Source: the human T2T-CHM13v2.0 reference genome, Homo sapiens
Strand: one strand, 5' to 3'
DNA length: 64,000 nucleotides
Assembly (NCBI RefSeq): GCF_009914755.1
Contig: NC_060930.1
Below the pieces are notes generated by a model. That model saw nothing but the letters and a program-made list of their open reading frames with translations, searched no databases and had not been told where the DNA came from. Numbering within the stretch: position 1 is the stretch's first letter; each line of letters begins with the position of its first letter. Position numbers and translations under genes: made by a program. Of this stretch, positions 32,249-46,315 are shown piece after piece.

Positions 32249-32427
32249 TTTGTGTGGCAGTGTGGAAGAACCACCACATGAGGACGGTAACCAACTACTT
32301 CATAGTCAATCTTTCTCTGGCTGATGTGCTCGTGACCATCACCTGCCTTCCAGCCACACTGGTCGTGGATATCACTGAGACCTGGTTTTTTGGACAGTCC
32401 CTTTGCAAAGTGATTCCTTATCTACAG
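32249..32427 (+). CDS. HCRTR2: HCRTR2 coding exon 2 (179 bp; V75-Q134; end of TM1, TM2, start of TM3)
   Basis: Polypyrimidine tract + AG at 32247-48, donor CAG|GTAATT at 32428. Translates (V)CVAVWKNHHMRTVTNYFIVNLSLADVLVTITCLPATLVVDITETWFFGQSLCKVIPYLQ: NLxxAD motif, WxFG, TM3 Cys. Thr111 is the OX2R residue (Ser in OX1R). Confidence 0.98.
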
Positions 32428-32647
32428 GTAATTGTTTTTAATGCTTTTTTGAAGCTACTAAAAAGAATGTTCAGCCATAGCGATGGCCCTTATGGTAAAT
32501 TAACTAGTGAGTTGAGAAATATATTTGCCTAAGGCATTGACAAACTGAAGGAAAATAATACTTGAGAATTTCTGGAGAAATAAGTTAAGTTCTGGGTAAA
32601 AATTAAGCAATGAACTGCCAAATCATCATTAGATGCTGCACAAACAT

Positions 32648-32768
32648 TTTTGCACAACTTTTTTGATTACTAATTTGATTCCAAAAGTTTGATTTTGCAC
32701 AAACTTTTTTTATTCCAAATTTGATCCCAAAAGTTTGATTTTGCGCAAACTTTTTTGATTCCTAATTT
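32648..32768. repeat. ~46-bp tandem repeat, ~2.6 copies
   Basis: Units start at 32648, 32693 and 32739 (ttttgcacaaacttttttgattcctaatttgattccaaaagtttga). Confidence 0.88.
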
Positions 32769-32788
32769 CCCCATTGTTAAATAAGAAA

Positions 32789-32867
32789 CTTGAACCAATT
32801 AATGATTTAACCAATTAATGATCTCCCCAAACCAATTATTGATCTTTCTCTTGAACCAATTAATGAT
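32789..32867. repeat. Four copies of AACCAATTA(A/T)TGAT
   Basis: Copies at 32793, 32809, 32830 and 32854. Confidence 0.9.
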
Positions 32868-35800
32868 CTGCCAGTCCAAGTCATTGAGCATATTTGTTTT
32901 TACAAGTGATTTTATTTTATACTGAAGAATTAAGACCTACTTGGTCAAATCAGTGCCATGAACAGGTTTTAGTGTAGATTCTAATTCAAACTACCGGATT
33001 TGGAATCTCCGTTCTGCCATTCACCAATTGTATGCTATCAAGCCAAATAGTTGTAATTCACTTATTTAAAAGAATAATTTAAATGAGATCTACCTCATAT
33101 GGTTGCTGTGACCATTTACTTACATAATTCATATAAATAAGTTGGCACAGTGATTACCCTCTGGAAGAGATGATCTTATAAAAACAGTATATTCTCAATA
33201 AACATCAATTATCAGCATCAGAATCATCATTACTAGGTGTTTTTCTTTCCTTAAGAGTGAAAACAGCTTCTTTTTCTATTTAATTGCCATTTCAGTAATT
33301 AAGAATGAATACTTTCAGAGATTAGTGTTCTGATTGTTATTATAGCTCTAAAATTTTTGAAACAAAAGATTCATCAGATAATGTTCACATTCACTCATCC
33401 ATCCTAAAAGATGGATTTCCCTTAGGAATTGGACAGCAAATGAAATGGTGACCACTCTCTGCTTGTCTTCCCATAGCTTTCCTGCACCCTCAGTTTTTAC
33501 GCCATGCAGTCTCCCAGATGGTGCCTATAATATTTTAAGAAAACAGAAAATAAGCTCCCAGTAACAAAAAATTAGGGAGGGGTCACAAATAGCCTATTAC
33601 TAGACATTATGCCGATTAGGCTTTTGGAATGAAATGTTGCAAAGAGATATTTAGTTCAATAGTTCCTCAATTACCTCTTATAAAAAGAAGTGAAAAATTT
33701 TTAAGGTTAAACATTGTTTATAGAATAGTAAGTGGAAAATACTATAGAAGTTATAAGCTCCATGCATATATTATGTTTAATTATAAAGCTAGTTTGGATC
33801 AGCCTGCTGAAAATCATGAATGGATTACAAAACGAACAGTAGCACATTTTTTTGTGTGTGAGGAAAAACTACATGGGACAATAGAGAAAAATATTCTCAT
33901 AGAGGAAAAGTTAGTAAGAAATGAATGGCTCTGGTGGTGTTTGCATAGAGGCACTAGGAAAGTAATACATTTCAGATAATTCTAATATTTCATTATCTCT
34001 GTGGTACTTCCAGAAAGCCTTTTACCTCTCTTGGTTTCAATAACTACCCAGGAGAATATTTTGAGGATTCTCTTAAGTTTTGGGATGGCTGCAGTTGCCC
34101 AGAATCTTCAACTGACTGGTAACATTTCATGTTCTCTCTGTGAAACAGAAGATTCCCTGGTGGGAAGTGAAGTGATAAGGGCAGGTGCAGTCATGTGCTA
34201 ATGCACAGCGATAGCTTTCTGCAGAGCAGGCATCTCAGAGTTTCCTGTGAGTATTTGCATTAGAGGACAGAATGGAAGCAGTGTAACCAGTGAGTGATGC
34301 AGAGCATGGGTATCTCTTATAATCACTTACAGTCCTCTTTCACACAGCAGAACTATTTAACAAGTCCTACAGTTCAAGGAATATCCTCATCTCTGGAAGG
34401 ATTCTGTCTGCCTCTCTGCACACAGTGTCCAATCTAATCAATTCCTTAGCTGCTCCTCTTCTCCATAGAGCAAGGGAAAAAACTACTGGGTAACCACATG
34501 ATGCAAAAGACTAGATCCATTTGTTACCCCATCTAACATTACTTCTTGATGGAAAGGTGTAAATGCACCAAGAGATTGGTGCACAGGTAAAACTAGTATC
34601 TCCAAATTCTTCATATTTATTGCCTCATTTTTCATAGAATGTTCCCAAATGCAATGAACAGTGCCAATGGGCAATAAACATATAATTTAAATTTGAGCAG
34701 ATTTTCTCCCTAGTTGTGACATTCTGTAACTAATGACTTATATCCCTGATATGATATTTATGTCTTACTGAATATTTAAAAACATGTTACATCATGCCCA
34801 GCCACATTTTAAAGTTATTTGGTTGCATTTTAGATTACTTGGACGTTTATTAATTTGCTATAATTTATATGTTCTTTTTCTTCTAAATACAATACAGCCT
34901 TTAGATTTATGAGTGATATGCTGTAACGCATTGGCAAATGCACAAAAATCTCAAAAGTCTCACAAATGTTATAAAGCTTAGCTGAATAATTAAAATGACT
35001 CTTTTGTATCTTTAATAATTGCATAACTCCAAGACCATTAACATGTATTCAGCTATTTGCTGAACAATTATCATGTATTTCACTTCTCTTCCAACAATGA
35101 CAAGAGCATTGGTTACTTTTTCAGAGTGATTTTTTTTAACTGCAGAAGACGCCCTACACAGAAAATGCCAGAAAAAAAAGAAGCCAAGTGAGATGTGGGA
35201 GGTGGGCAGTGGGTGGTCAAACAAGCTCCCTCTCTTTCAGTCATACTTTGAAACCTTTCTACCTATTAGTGCTTATCATCCAAATCTGTGATTTGGCAAA
35301 ATTTTCATTTCTCCTTATAGTGAATCTTTAAGATACCTTTGCCGTATCTATTTGCTAGTATAAAACAGTGGACTTCTCTACTAAAGGAAATCCCCAAACA
35401 TTATCCTGTGCGAAGGGTGCCCATAGTATAGGTCAAAGACCAAGTACCTGAAGGCAGAAGAAAGTTCCCATTATCTCACTCCACTTCATTCTCAACATTC
35501 ATAATCCACACTAGATTCATTTCTCAAATGACTTACTATTCAACAAACTTGAGCTAATATCAGAATCCAAATGAAAAAGACACCCAGAAGTGCACTCTTA
35601 GAAGTTAAAAGCAACAACAAAACTTTCACTTATAATTACTTATGATAAAATGCAATTTTACATCACCTCCAAGAAAATCTTATACATTGCACATAATTGT
35701 ATATTAATGTGTTAATTGCACAAGCAAATATAGTAGGTCAAACAATGAATATTAGCTCACTGATTGTCAAGGGTTCATTCAATGGATTGGTTCATTCTAC

Positions 35801-36499
35801 TGTTAGATACATCACACTAGCATATTCCTCCCTTTTCTGTGTGATGAAGGGCAGTGCTCCCTGGGTCACTATTGGCACTGGATGTCAGTCTTCCAAGTGA
35901 ACTGATATGAATTGATTATTATGACCTAATGGCATTAGGAAACACTAGAAATGACATTGATATTTGAACCATGCTACATCTATCCCATTTATCCATGTTG
36001 ATTAAATTAATGGATTATAAATTACTAAGGCTTGATGAACACTTTGTACTTCTAATTGCTAGAGAGGATTGATATATCTCTAGCCCAGAAGCTATGAAAA
36101 GGCGACTGTGCGAATCTATACAACCATAGTTCTATTCCCAGGTTAGCAATGGTATTGAGGGGCCCTAGGTGCTTAACTTATTTGCAGAGAAGGAATGGAG
36201 GTTGTAGAGAATAAGGTGATACTGGTTTGAGAAAGAGAGTTGAAGGTACCCTCAGGTAGCACTAAGAAATTTCTAGGAGTCACTAATCAACTTAAGCCCA
36301 TTCTCATAGAGTCCAGCCCCTTAAAATTACACTTAAAATGAAATTAGCCTCCAATAATTTAGCAAAGGTTAGGCTTTCACTTGTAATTTCTATGAATATT
36401 CTTCTCTGAAAAGCAATCTGTTCCAATTAAAATATAGAACTTCAGACTCAAGAATGAAAGATAAAACTAATAGTATCATCATCATTATTATTATTATAA

Positions 36500-36735
36500 T
36501 CATAAGAAATAGTAAACACACAGCACTTATATGCCAGCCCTGGAATAGACATTTTCATCTCAACTAACTGTCCATACAATTCCATGGTTAGGTACTATTA
36601 ATCATCCACATTTTACAGATGAGAAAACTGAGGAATGGAGAGGTTAAATAATCTCCTTAAGATCACTCCATATGTCAGATGGGATTCATGCCCAGAAAAC
36701 CTGGTTGCAGACTCGATTCCAGCTATACTCTTCTG
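36500..36735 (-). mobile_element. MIR (MIRb-like)
   Basis: Core cattttacagatgagaaaactgagg...gaggttaaataatctccttaagatcac. Confidence 0.85.
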
Positions 36736-36804
36736 CCTCTCCCATAGAGAAACAAAAGAATCATACTTGATAAGAATCTTATCCTGTTGATTTACTTCAT
36801 TTAG

Positions 36805-36853
36805 CACACACACACACACACACACACGCAACACACAACACACAACACACACA
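36805..36853. repeat. (CA)n with CAA interruptions
   Basis: Direct read. Confidence 0.9.
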
Positions 36854-37170
36854 TTAGGCCTAAAGCTGTAAAGTGAGTGACTCAATAGTGTGCAGCTAGC
36901 TGATCAGAGAGAGAGAACAGATAGTTCATCCTGACAGCCCAGAGACTTTCTGCACTGTTGCACTGGATCTTAGATCTCTTTCACTCATTTGTACCTATAA
37001 TCAACATATCAACAAGAAAGGTCCTCATGTAAAAGACAGAGATAACTACCCTTTCCACATATTATGAGATCAATATAACCAGGACAGAAAAATAGAAGAA
37101 GATGACTGGACTATATCTACTGCCTTCAATTAAGGCTCACCACTATTAATGGATTAACAAATATTTGTTT

Positions 37171-37651
37171 TAAAGACACATGCAAGTATACGTTCACTGC
37201 AGCACTATTCACAATAACAAAAACGTGGAATCAACCTAAATGCCCATCAATGATAGACTGGATAAAGATAATGTGGTACATATACACCATGGAATACTAT
37301 GCAACCATAAAAAAGAATGAGATCATGTCCTTTGCAGCAACATGAAAGGTGCTGGAGGCCATTATCCTTAGCAAACAAATGCAGGAACAGAAAAGCAAAT
37401 ACTACATGTTCTCATTTATAAATGGGAGCTAAATGATGAGAACACATGGACACATAAAGGGGAACAACACGCACTGGGGCCTTTCAGAGGGTAGAGGGTG
37501 GGAGAAGGGAGAGGATCAGGAAAAATAACCAGTGGATACTTGGATTAATACCTGGGTGATGAAATAATCTGTACAGCAAACACCCATGACAGACATTTAT
37601 CTATGTAACAAACCTGCTCATGTACCCCTGAAATTAAAATAGAAGTTAAAA
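37171..37651 (+). mobile_element. L1PA (older primate, ~PA13-16) 3' end, apparently nested in an antisense L2 fragment
   Basis: aaagacacatgc...atggaatactatgcaaccataaaaaagaatgagatcatgtcctttgcag...acctatgtaacaaacctgc-type 3' UTR. Downstream flank resembles the L2 3' end (ttggggacacagttgtgaa...agtccctcctaccacagagct). Confidence 0.85.
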
Positions 37652-38745
37652 ACAAAATATTTCTTAAATGCATAATGGATATCAAATGTTGTATCAGATA
37701 TTGGGGACACAGTTGTGAAAAAAACAGAAGCAGTCCCTCCTACCACAGAGCTTTGTTCCAATAGAGAAAACAGATGATAAATAAGCAAATTAAGCAAATA
37801 ATTTACTACATTATACATGCTGAAAGAAAAATAAATAACAATCTGTAAAAAAAAATGTAAAAGAAATCAGAAGTCTTTTTAAAGGGAGAGGGGATTCTGA
37901 GAGTGATATCAGAATCAATATTTCATCCAGTATAAGAGAGCACATTGAACATAATTACATTAACTAATAATGTGGATATATGAATTTTTAAAATTTTTTG
38001 TTGTTGTTATTTCCTTAAAGTGTCAAGTTAAAGAATGATTTGTGGCATTGTTAATTATATACAAATTTTGACTGGGTGAACTTACCTAGTTTTTGGAATC
38101 ACATTGACTAGGCTAGCAGTGAGCAAACTGTCATAAGGAGATTCGCATACAAAATTCTCTTTTAATATGACTCGTAACTTTCCTTGGGTGCTACATGTTG
38201 AAAATGCACTGATGTACAAATAGCCCTTATTATTTGAAAATATGAAATAAGCTACCCATAATTTAAAAATGTTAATTAAATATAATTTCAATCAAATTTC
38301 TATGTGGTAATTTAGAAGAAAGACATATTATTCTTTATAATTGAGGCTTTTCCAGTTTGGACTAAACATATGTGTTTTTTTTTTTCTATATGAGGGTATG
38401 ATTTCTTCCAATCAATGGAAAAATTACAGGACAAAATAATTACAGTAATTATTTAAAGAATGCCATATTATAAATTAAGACATTTGGAGTAAAAAAAGAT
38501 TGCAAAGTTTTCATCATACCTTTTCATGTTTAACAATAAATTTACATTTAAAAGTATATTTCTAATATTTCATTTTTGTGATATAATTTCTTTTTAAATA
38601 GAAAGCACTTGCATGGATTGTTTATTTTTGGCAGCTTTGAATTTGCTTATATGTTGTGACTACCTTTCTCATATAGTAAATATATTAAGAGTAATTCTTT
38701 TAACAGCTGGTGCTTCTCTATTACTATGATCTTTCTTTTCTCTAG

Positions 38746-38989
38746 ACCGTGTCGGTGTCTGTGTCTGTCCTCACACTGAGCTGTATCGCCTTGGATCGGT
38801 GGTATGCAATCTGTCACCCTTTGATGTTTAAGAGCACAGCAAAGCGGGCCCGTAACAGCATTGTCATCATCTGGATTGTCTCCTGCATTATAATGATTCC
38901 TCAGGCCATCGTCATGGAGTGCAGCACCGTGTTCCCAGGCTTAGCCAATAAAACCACCCTCTTTACGGTGTGTGATGAGCGCTGGGGTG
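38746..38989 (+). CDS. HCRTR2: HCRTR2 coding exon 3 (244 bp; T135-G215 plus first base of G216; TM3 DRWY, TM4, ECL2)
   Basis: ctttcttttctctAG acceptor, G|GTAAGT donor at 38990. Translates TVSVSVSVLTLSCIALDRWYAICHPLMFKSTAKRARNSIVIIWIVSCIIMIPQAIVMECSTVFPGLANKTTLFTVCDERWG. Phase matches exons 2 and 4. Confidence 0.98.
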
Positions 38990-41900
38990 GTAAGTACCTT
39001 ATGGCCCATCAACTGACATTTATATTACAGCAGCAAATTGAAAATTGGATTAGCATAGCCATTGTAAAGCTGGGCTTATATATTTTATTGACATTTGTGA
39101 ATACAGTTTTGCAAGAGCATGAAAACCAACTTGAATTTCAAAACAATTTCACAGAATAACTCTACCTATCTGAATCCTTTGGAAATGTTATCTATTATTT
39201 TCTCATTTTCATATCTTTTGGATAGGAAATGAAAGGAGATTATTCTACAATTCAGATTTGATTATTTTAGTTTTTCTTAAACTCTTTAAACAAAAAGCAA
39301 TATGGAATACAAATCCGATTATGTATTCTGGAATGATCCACGATTTATAAGATGGTTCAACACTGTGTTGTCTAGTGTCAGGGTCCCTAATGGGCTTCAA
39401 ATACAACTGAATTTTTTCATTTTAAGACCATGTCCTGGATCACATGGTCCTGGGAACATGGCCAGAGTCAGCATGTGGTTCTCTAAGTCAAATAATCCAA
39501 ATTTGTTTTCTCTATTCATAATACATTATTGCTACTCGCATAATTATTATCCAGTTTAAGAATTATATTAATTATGAATCAATCTGGTTTCCCATCTGAC
39601 AAGTATGATGTGAAATTTAAGCAATCAGGTTTGAAGGCTTTATGTTTCTTTGGTTAGAAATTCTTAGAGTCAGTCTGAGGTTTTTGTGTAACAGTGAGAA
39701 TACTGCTATCAACACCTGGTGCTAGCACAAATCTGGGCACAGGAAAGAATGACAGAAAATAAAATAACCCTGCATTTCAGCATAGCATGCACTGATTCCA
39801 ATATATCATATGAAATATATATTTAAAAAAAAACCAATCTGACCTCTTCTAGGTAAGTATACTAAAATGGCTGATATTTAGAGAATTCATATGTTAACAT
39901 TGTTTTTTATTAGAAAGATGTATCAAAACAAGCAGTGCACACCAGGGACTGATTAAGGATAATATTCTTAAATATTGTAATCTTTGAATTTCTGTTATTT
40001 CCTACCTTGGTGTTTGTACTAGAACACCGAAAGGAAAAAAAGCCAATCACTGATATATTAGGCATATACTACAGGATATATCTACAGCAAGATAATATTT
40101 AAGAGAGGCTGGGATTATTTCATATATTGTTGCAAGACCTATAATAACTAAAATTTTATAATTTGCTTTATCTATTACCCCAAATATCAAATATCTGTCT
40201 TTTATTGGGATTTACTTTTCCTTTTTAACATTCCAACTTTTTTTTGCTGTATTTTTCTCTGTATCATTTTCAGTTTTTTCCAATTTTCCAAATTAATAGT
40301 GCAGACAAAAAAAAAATCAATGGAAATTTCCAAAATGGTAGGAATATTTATGAAGTGTCTTATGTCCCATTCATTTAATGCTCAAACACCACCTTGAGAA
40401 CTTAGTATATGTCAGGCATTGTGCCCACCTGGAGAGAAACAGACTCTGCTTACGGGAGCACACTCTATATAATAAGGCTCAAAGGCCAATAAACAAATTT
40501 TTATAGGGTAATCAGTATTTTAATATATTTATATACAAAATGCTGAGAACACAAATGAGAGAACAAACTCAGTTCTGGCCATTTGAACAAAAGTTTACAG
40601 AGGAACTGCTAACATTCCAGCAGAACATTAAAGATAAGCAAAAATTCTCCAGACTGAGAAGAGGGAAAAGGATGTCCAGAAAGCAAGAAAATCCACATCA
40701 TGGATACTACATTACAAAGCAGAAAGAGTGAATCAGCACTTGTAGTTTCTGGAACATAGGGGCAGATAGTGTAAATAATTGAATTTTGAAACAAGATGGG
40801 TTGGGGACTGACTGTGACATGTCTCTTATACGATCCTTTTACACTGGTTTATATTTAGAAAGCCTAAAAAGGTCTTTCTCAGAATCCTGTATTAAACTCG
40901 AGACTAAATTTAACCCTAGAAAGATTATATTATTTTTTCAAGATTATGAAGCAAATAGGTACATTTAAATCTAAAGCTTCCAACTTGTAAGTTGGGATTC
41001 CTTAAGTTTTATAGGGATTGCTATTAGATAAAATATAAAAATATTTTTCAATATGTGTCAGCAGTATTTTCTCTAATATTCCGGCAATTAGTTTCACTTA
41101 TATGTTTATGGGTTGCTTTTATAAGCTTTTCTTTTTTTAATGTTTCCCTGAATAATCAAGTAACAGTAACCTCCATTAACAAAAAGATTGCAAAGTCATG
41201 GATTCCTGTTCAGTTATTATGATTATGTAAATAGACGTATGATTTTTAAATTACCTCTGAGTGGTAAATATAAATACATAAAGCTCATTTCTACTCTGAT
41301 ATTTTATTACATAACTCTAGCATGGACATTTTCATTAAAAAAAGGAAACAATTGTTGAATATGTAAAAACCTAAACTTAGCCTTCAGAAGTCATTTAAGA
41401 AAACTATTTGAAGGTGATTTTATAATAGCCTATAATTAAATGCTTGTAAAGACTAAAATTAAGTATTATTGGACTGAATTGATTAGCTACAAAATCCAAC
41501 TTAGTAAAAGCTATACAGTCATTTAAATATTAAATGAAATTGCTAAGAATATTTTTAAGAAAAAATAATTCAAGGCAGATTTTTATCTTTCTTATTAGAT
41601 ATTTATTATGATGATTTCTACATAGCATGTAAAATCATTGTTCATGTAAACTATTTATAAGTCCATGTTCGACTTATAATGTTAAACCTTTGTATATGTG
41701 TGATTGTCACAACTTTTTAAAAAACCATAGGAAAGTATATTTTACAGTGTCATCTCTCTAAATTCAAATATTTTTAAAGGCCAACTGTCATTTAGCCTGA
41801 TTTTTAAAACTATTGTAAAATATCTTCTATTTGAGATTAATTCATAATCTGTGTTTCTTATCTTTATTCTAAGTTAAATCAATAATGTAGTTATAAAAGT

Positions 41901-42380
41901 AGAGAGTAGAATCATAATTATCCTACAACCAATGTGGCAGTGGAAAAAAATTTGGAAAAGCAATTTGGTCAGTTGATACATATCTATCAAATAACTTTTG
42001 GAAAAGTTCTGTAAATGCTGTTTTACTCATGGTGCAAAATAACTGAGAACTCTGTCTAACTAAAAAATTTACCAGCAATATGTAATTATATATGGATAAA
42101 TGATTTCTAAAACTAATTATATTCATTATTGCCTATTACTTCTTCATAAAAAGAACCATAAGCCATGATTTCTGGCAGACACACACAACACTCAAGAACA
42201 TATAAATAATGTAAATACTTATTTTAATAACCTTTAAAATATACATTTGTATGTGTTCACTGTTTGCTTCAGTCACATCATTTCATACTTCTAAAATTAT
42301 TAAATTAACCCACAATTTCTTGCTTGCTTGGTTTGTAAATGCATAGTTCTACAGGAAAGATCCTACAGAAAGAAATTCTT

Positions 42381-42696
<316 letters not shown>

Positions 42697-44811
42697 TCAA
42701 AGTTATATTTTCTTCACTATTCATTCATCCAGTGTTTAATTAGCATGTACCCTTGGTCAATTGTTCTGGACACTGGAGATTAGTAGCATCTCTCTTTTTG
42801 AATATTACTGACAAATTGTTCTTTGGTAGGCTAAAAAAAAAAAAATGGAACCATTTTTACAGTCAAAGTAATTATGGCATCTGGCCTATTATGAGGTTTG
42901 AAAGCATATAAATATGTGTATAAGTCTATTAATGGGAAGATTTATTAAACATATTTATTAGGGAGAAGATAGTAAAACATATTAAAGATTCAGGTAAACT
43001 TAATGAACCCCTAAACTTTGAAAAGACATTCCATGTTGAATATTGGGAAATTATATTTAATTTACTTGTTCATTCAATTCCTGATAAGTGTACCATGAAA
43101 GAGGAATGTTTCTAGTTTCTAGATAATTAAGATAACATGCTGGCTGAATAATGAACCTTAAGTCATCTGAGAGAAATTAAGTTTTGCCTGTCAAATATAC
43201 AATATAACTCTTTAATCTCTGATTTCAAAGACTAAAGATCCACATTTGTTCCTTATTAGTTAGTTTCATATATATATATATAAAATTTATTTAGATTGTG
43301 CTTATTCATCAGTTGAGTAAAAACAGTAATTTTTAATGATTATCAATATTTAAAACTTTTTTAAATTAAAGTAATGCTTATGTGAAACAAATTTTGTGTA
43401 GTTATATTCTAGGTTATATACAAATGTCTTAAATACATTGAAGACATTGCTTATGAAGTACAGAAAGACTTCAAAGATATTTTCATCACACATAATTTAA
43501 AATTTCAATGGCATATCTGAGTTTTTAATCAGCTTAGACTATCATGTTTCCCTAGTTATCTATTATAATCTCCTTATTCAAACAATCTATCCTACCCTGG
43601 AAGGATAATTTTGCTTGATCTTTTTTCCATATCAGTGTTCATTATAATAATTTGCATTTAGCAGTCAATTACATATTTTTTCTAATTATTCATAAATATA
43701 CCAACCACATAGGAGCTTTTGCTACCATCTATTCAAAACGCCAAACTGTTATCACAGTGATGCTATCCATAGCTGCAGTGGAAAAAATTTACCTCTCAAA
43801 TCTACTTTCCTCTATCCACTCAATTGGTCTTATGCAGACAACAGGGCTTCGCAGGTATGTAAGCTTCAAAGTTATATAGATTTTGTCATGAGGAAAGCTC
43901 ATGTGACACCTCTTCAAAACAAATAAAAGTTCAAAGCCTCTTAGGTGCCTGGGAAGTGCTGAGATCACTTTCAGATTCCTTTGAAATTGGCCCGCCATAT
44001 GCTGTGTAGGCTGTGGCACTTCAAAGGGAAAGACTGTTATTTCTCAAGTCAGAATGCTTGAATGTTATCACTTTTTATGTAACTGGCCTGCTTTACAGGA
44101 TCAACTTGAAAGAAAGTTGGAAACTGATGAGGTAGGTGAGTGCTACCTGGGCCAGAGAGTAGCTAAAAATGACACCTCAAATTGGTCTCTTAGACCTGCC
44201 AACACATGCATCCTACTGACCCTGCTGAAGACTGCAGCGGATAAAGACATCTAAACCAAAAGAGAAGATGGGTTTAGAAGCATGAATATGGAGAAAATTA
44301 GACTCAAACTCAACTGCATCTGAAAGACAGCCTATGGAAATAAGATTGTGGAGGATATTAAACTCATAAATATGTTAAAATATATCCAGCAAGAATCAAA
44401 TGCATGATTGCTCAATAAATATTATCTATTATTATGACAATCATCATGCTTATTATTGATTAATCCTGACTGTAAACTGCTCTTATCACAAATCTGATCA
44501 CATAACCAAGCTTTCATGCTTCTACATCCCCTTTATGAAGTAATGAAAAGAATAAAATACATAGAGGTAATAGCATTATTCCTCAACAATACTATGGGAT
44601 AAACCCCCTTGTCAATAGAAAAGTCAAAACAAAGTATGTAAATTTTAGAAGAAAAACAAAACAGCTCTGTTGTGTTAGCATTCAATTAGAATTATAATGA
44701 GTTAATTACATTTAATATCTATGGAATCTATGCAAGATATATTGCTTCCTCTTTTACATTGCAGTAAAAGTAGGTAGACCATTGTGATATATTCGAATAC
44801 AAGTACAAAAA

Positions 44812-45887
<1,076 letters not shown>

Positions 45888-45900
45888 TACATACATACAA

Positions 45901-46315
45901 AAATTCAGATTCCCGACATAATATATAAATATATATTATATGTTATATATAATATTATATATAAATATATAATGTATTATAGTTATATATAATATTATAT
46001 ATAAATATATAATGTATTATATGTTATATATAATATTACATATAAATATCTATTAATATATATTATTTATATTATATCTAAATATATAATATATAACTTA
46101 TTATTATATATTATAATATAACTTATATATTATATATAATATATATAATATAATATAACTTATTATATATTATATATTTATATATAAATAAAATATGTAC
46201 TATATTAATATATGAATATATCTAATATTAATATACAATATATAAATTTATAAATATATAATGATTATATATTATATAATATATAAAATATATATTATGT
46301 AGGGAATCTGAATTT
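45901..46315. repeat. AT-rich low-complexity tract bounded by 27-bp inverted arms
   Basis: aaattcagattcccgacataatatata versus tatatattatgtagggaatctgaattt (26/27 reverse-complement match). Confidence 0.93.

Noticed and set aside
32648-32867. Partly palindromic repeats superficially like a CRISPR array
   Set aside because: Human intron, no unique regular spacers, no cas genes; these are local tandem duplications.
33629-33979. 116-aa intronic ORF (similarly 48932-49303 and 24043-24411)
   Set aside because: No recognisable homology or coding-like composition; lengths compatible with chance; 48932-49303 lies in an LTR relic.
38794-38805. DRWY instead of DRY at the end of TM3
   Set aside because: Normal for orexin receptors; not a mutation.
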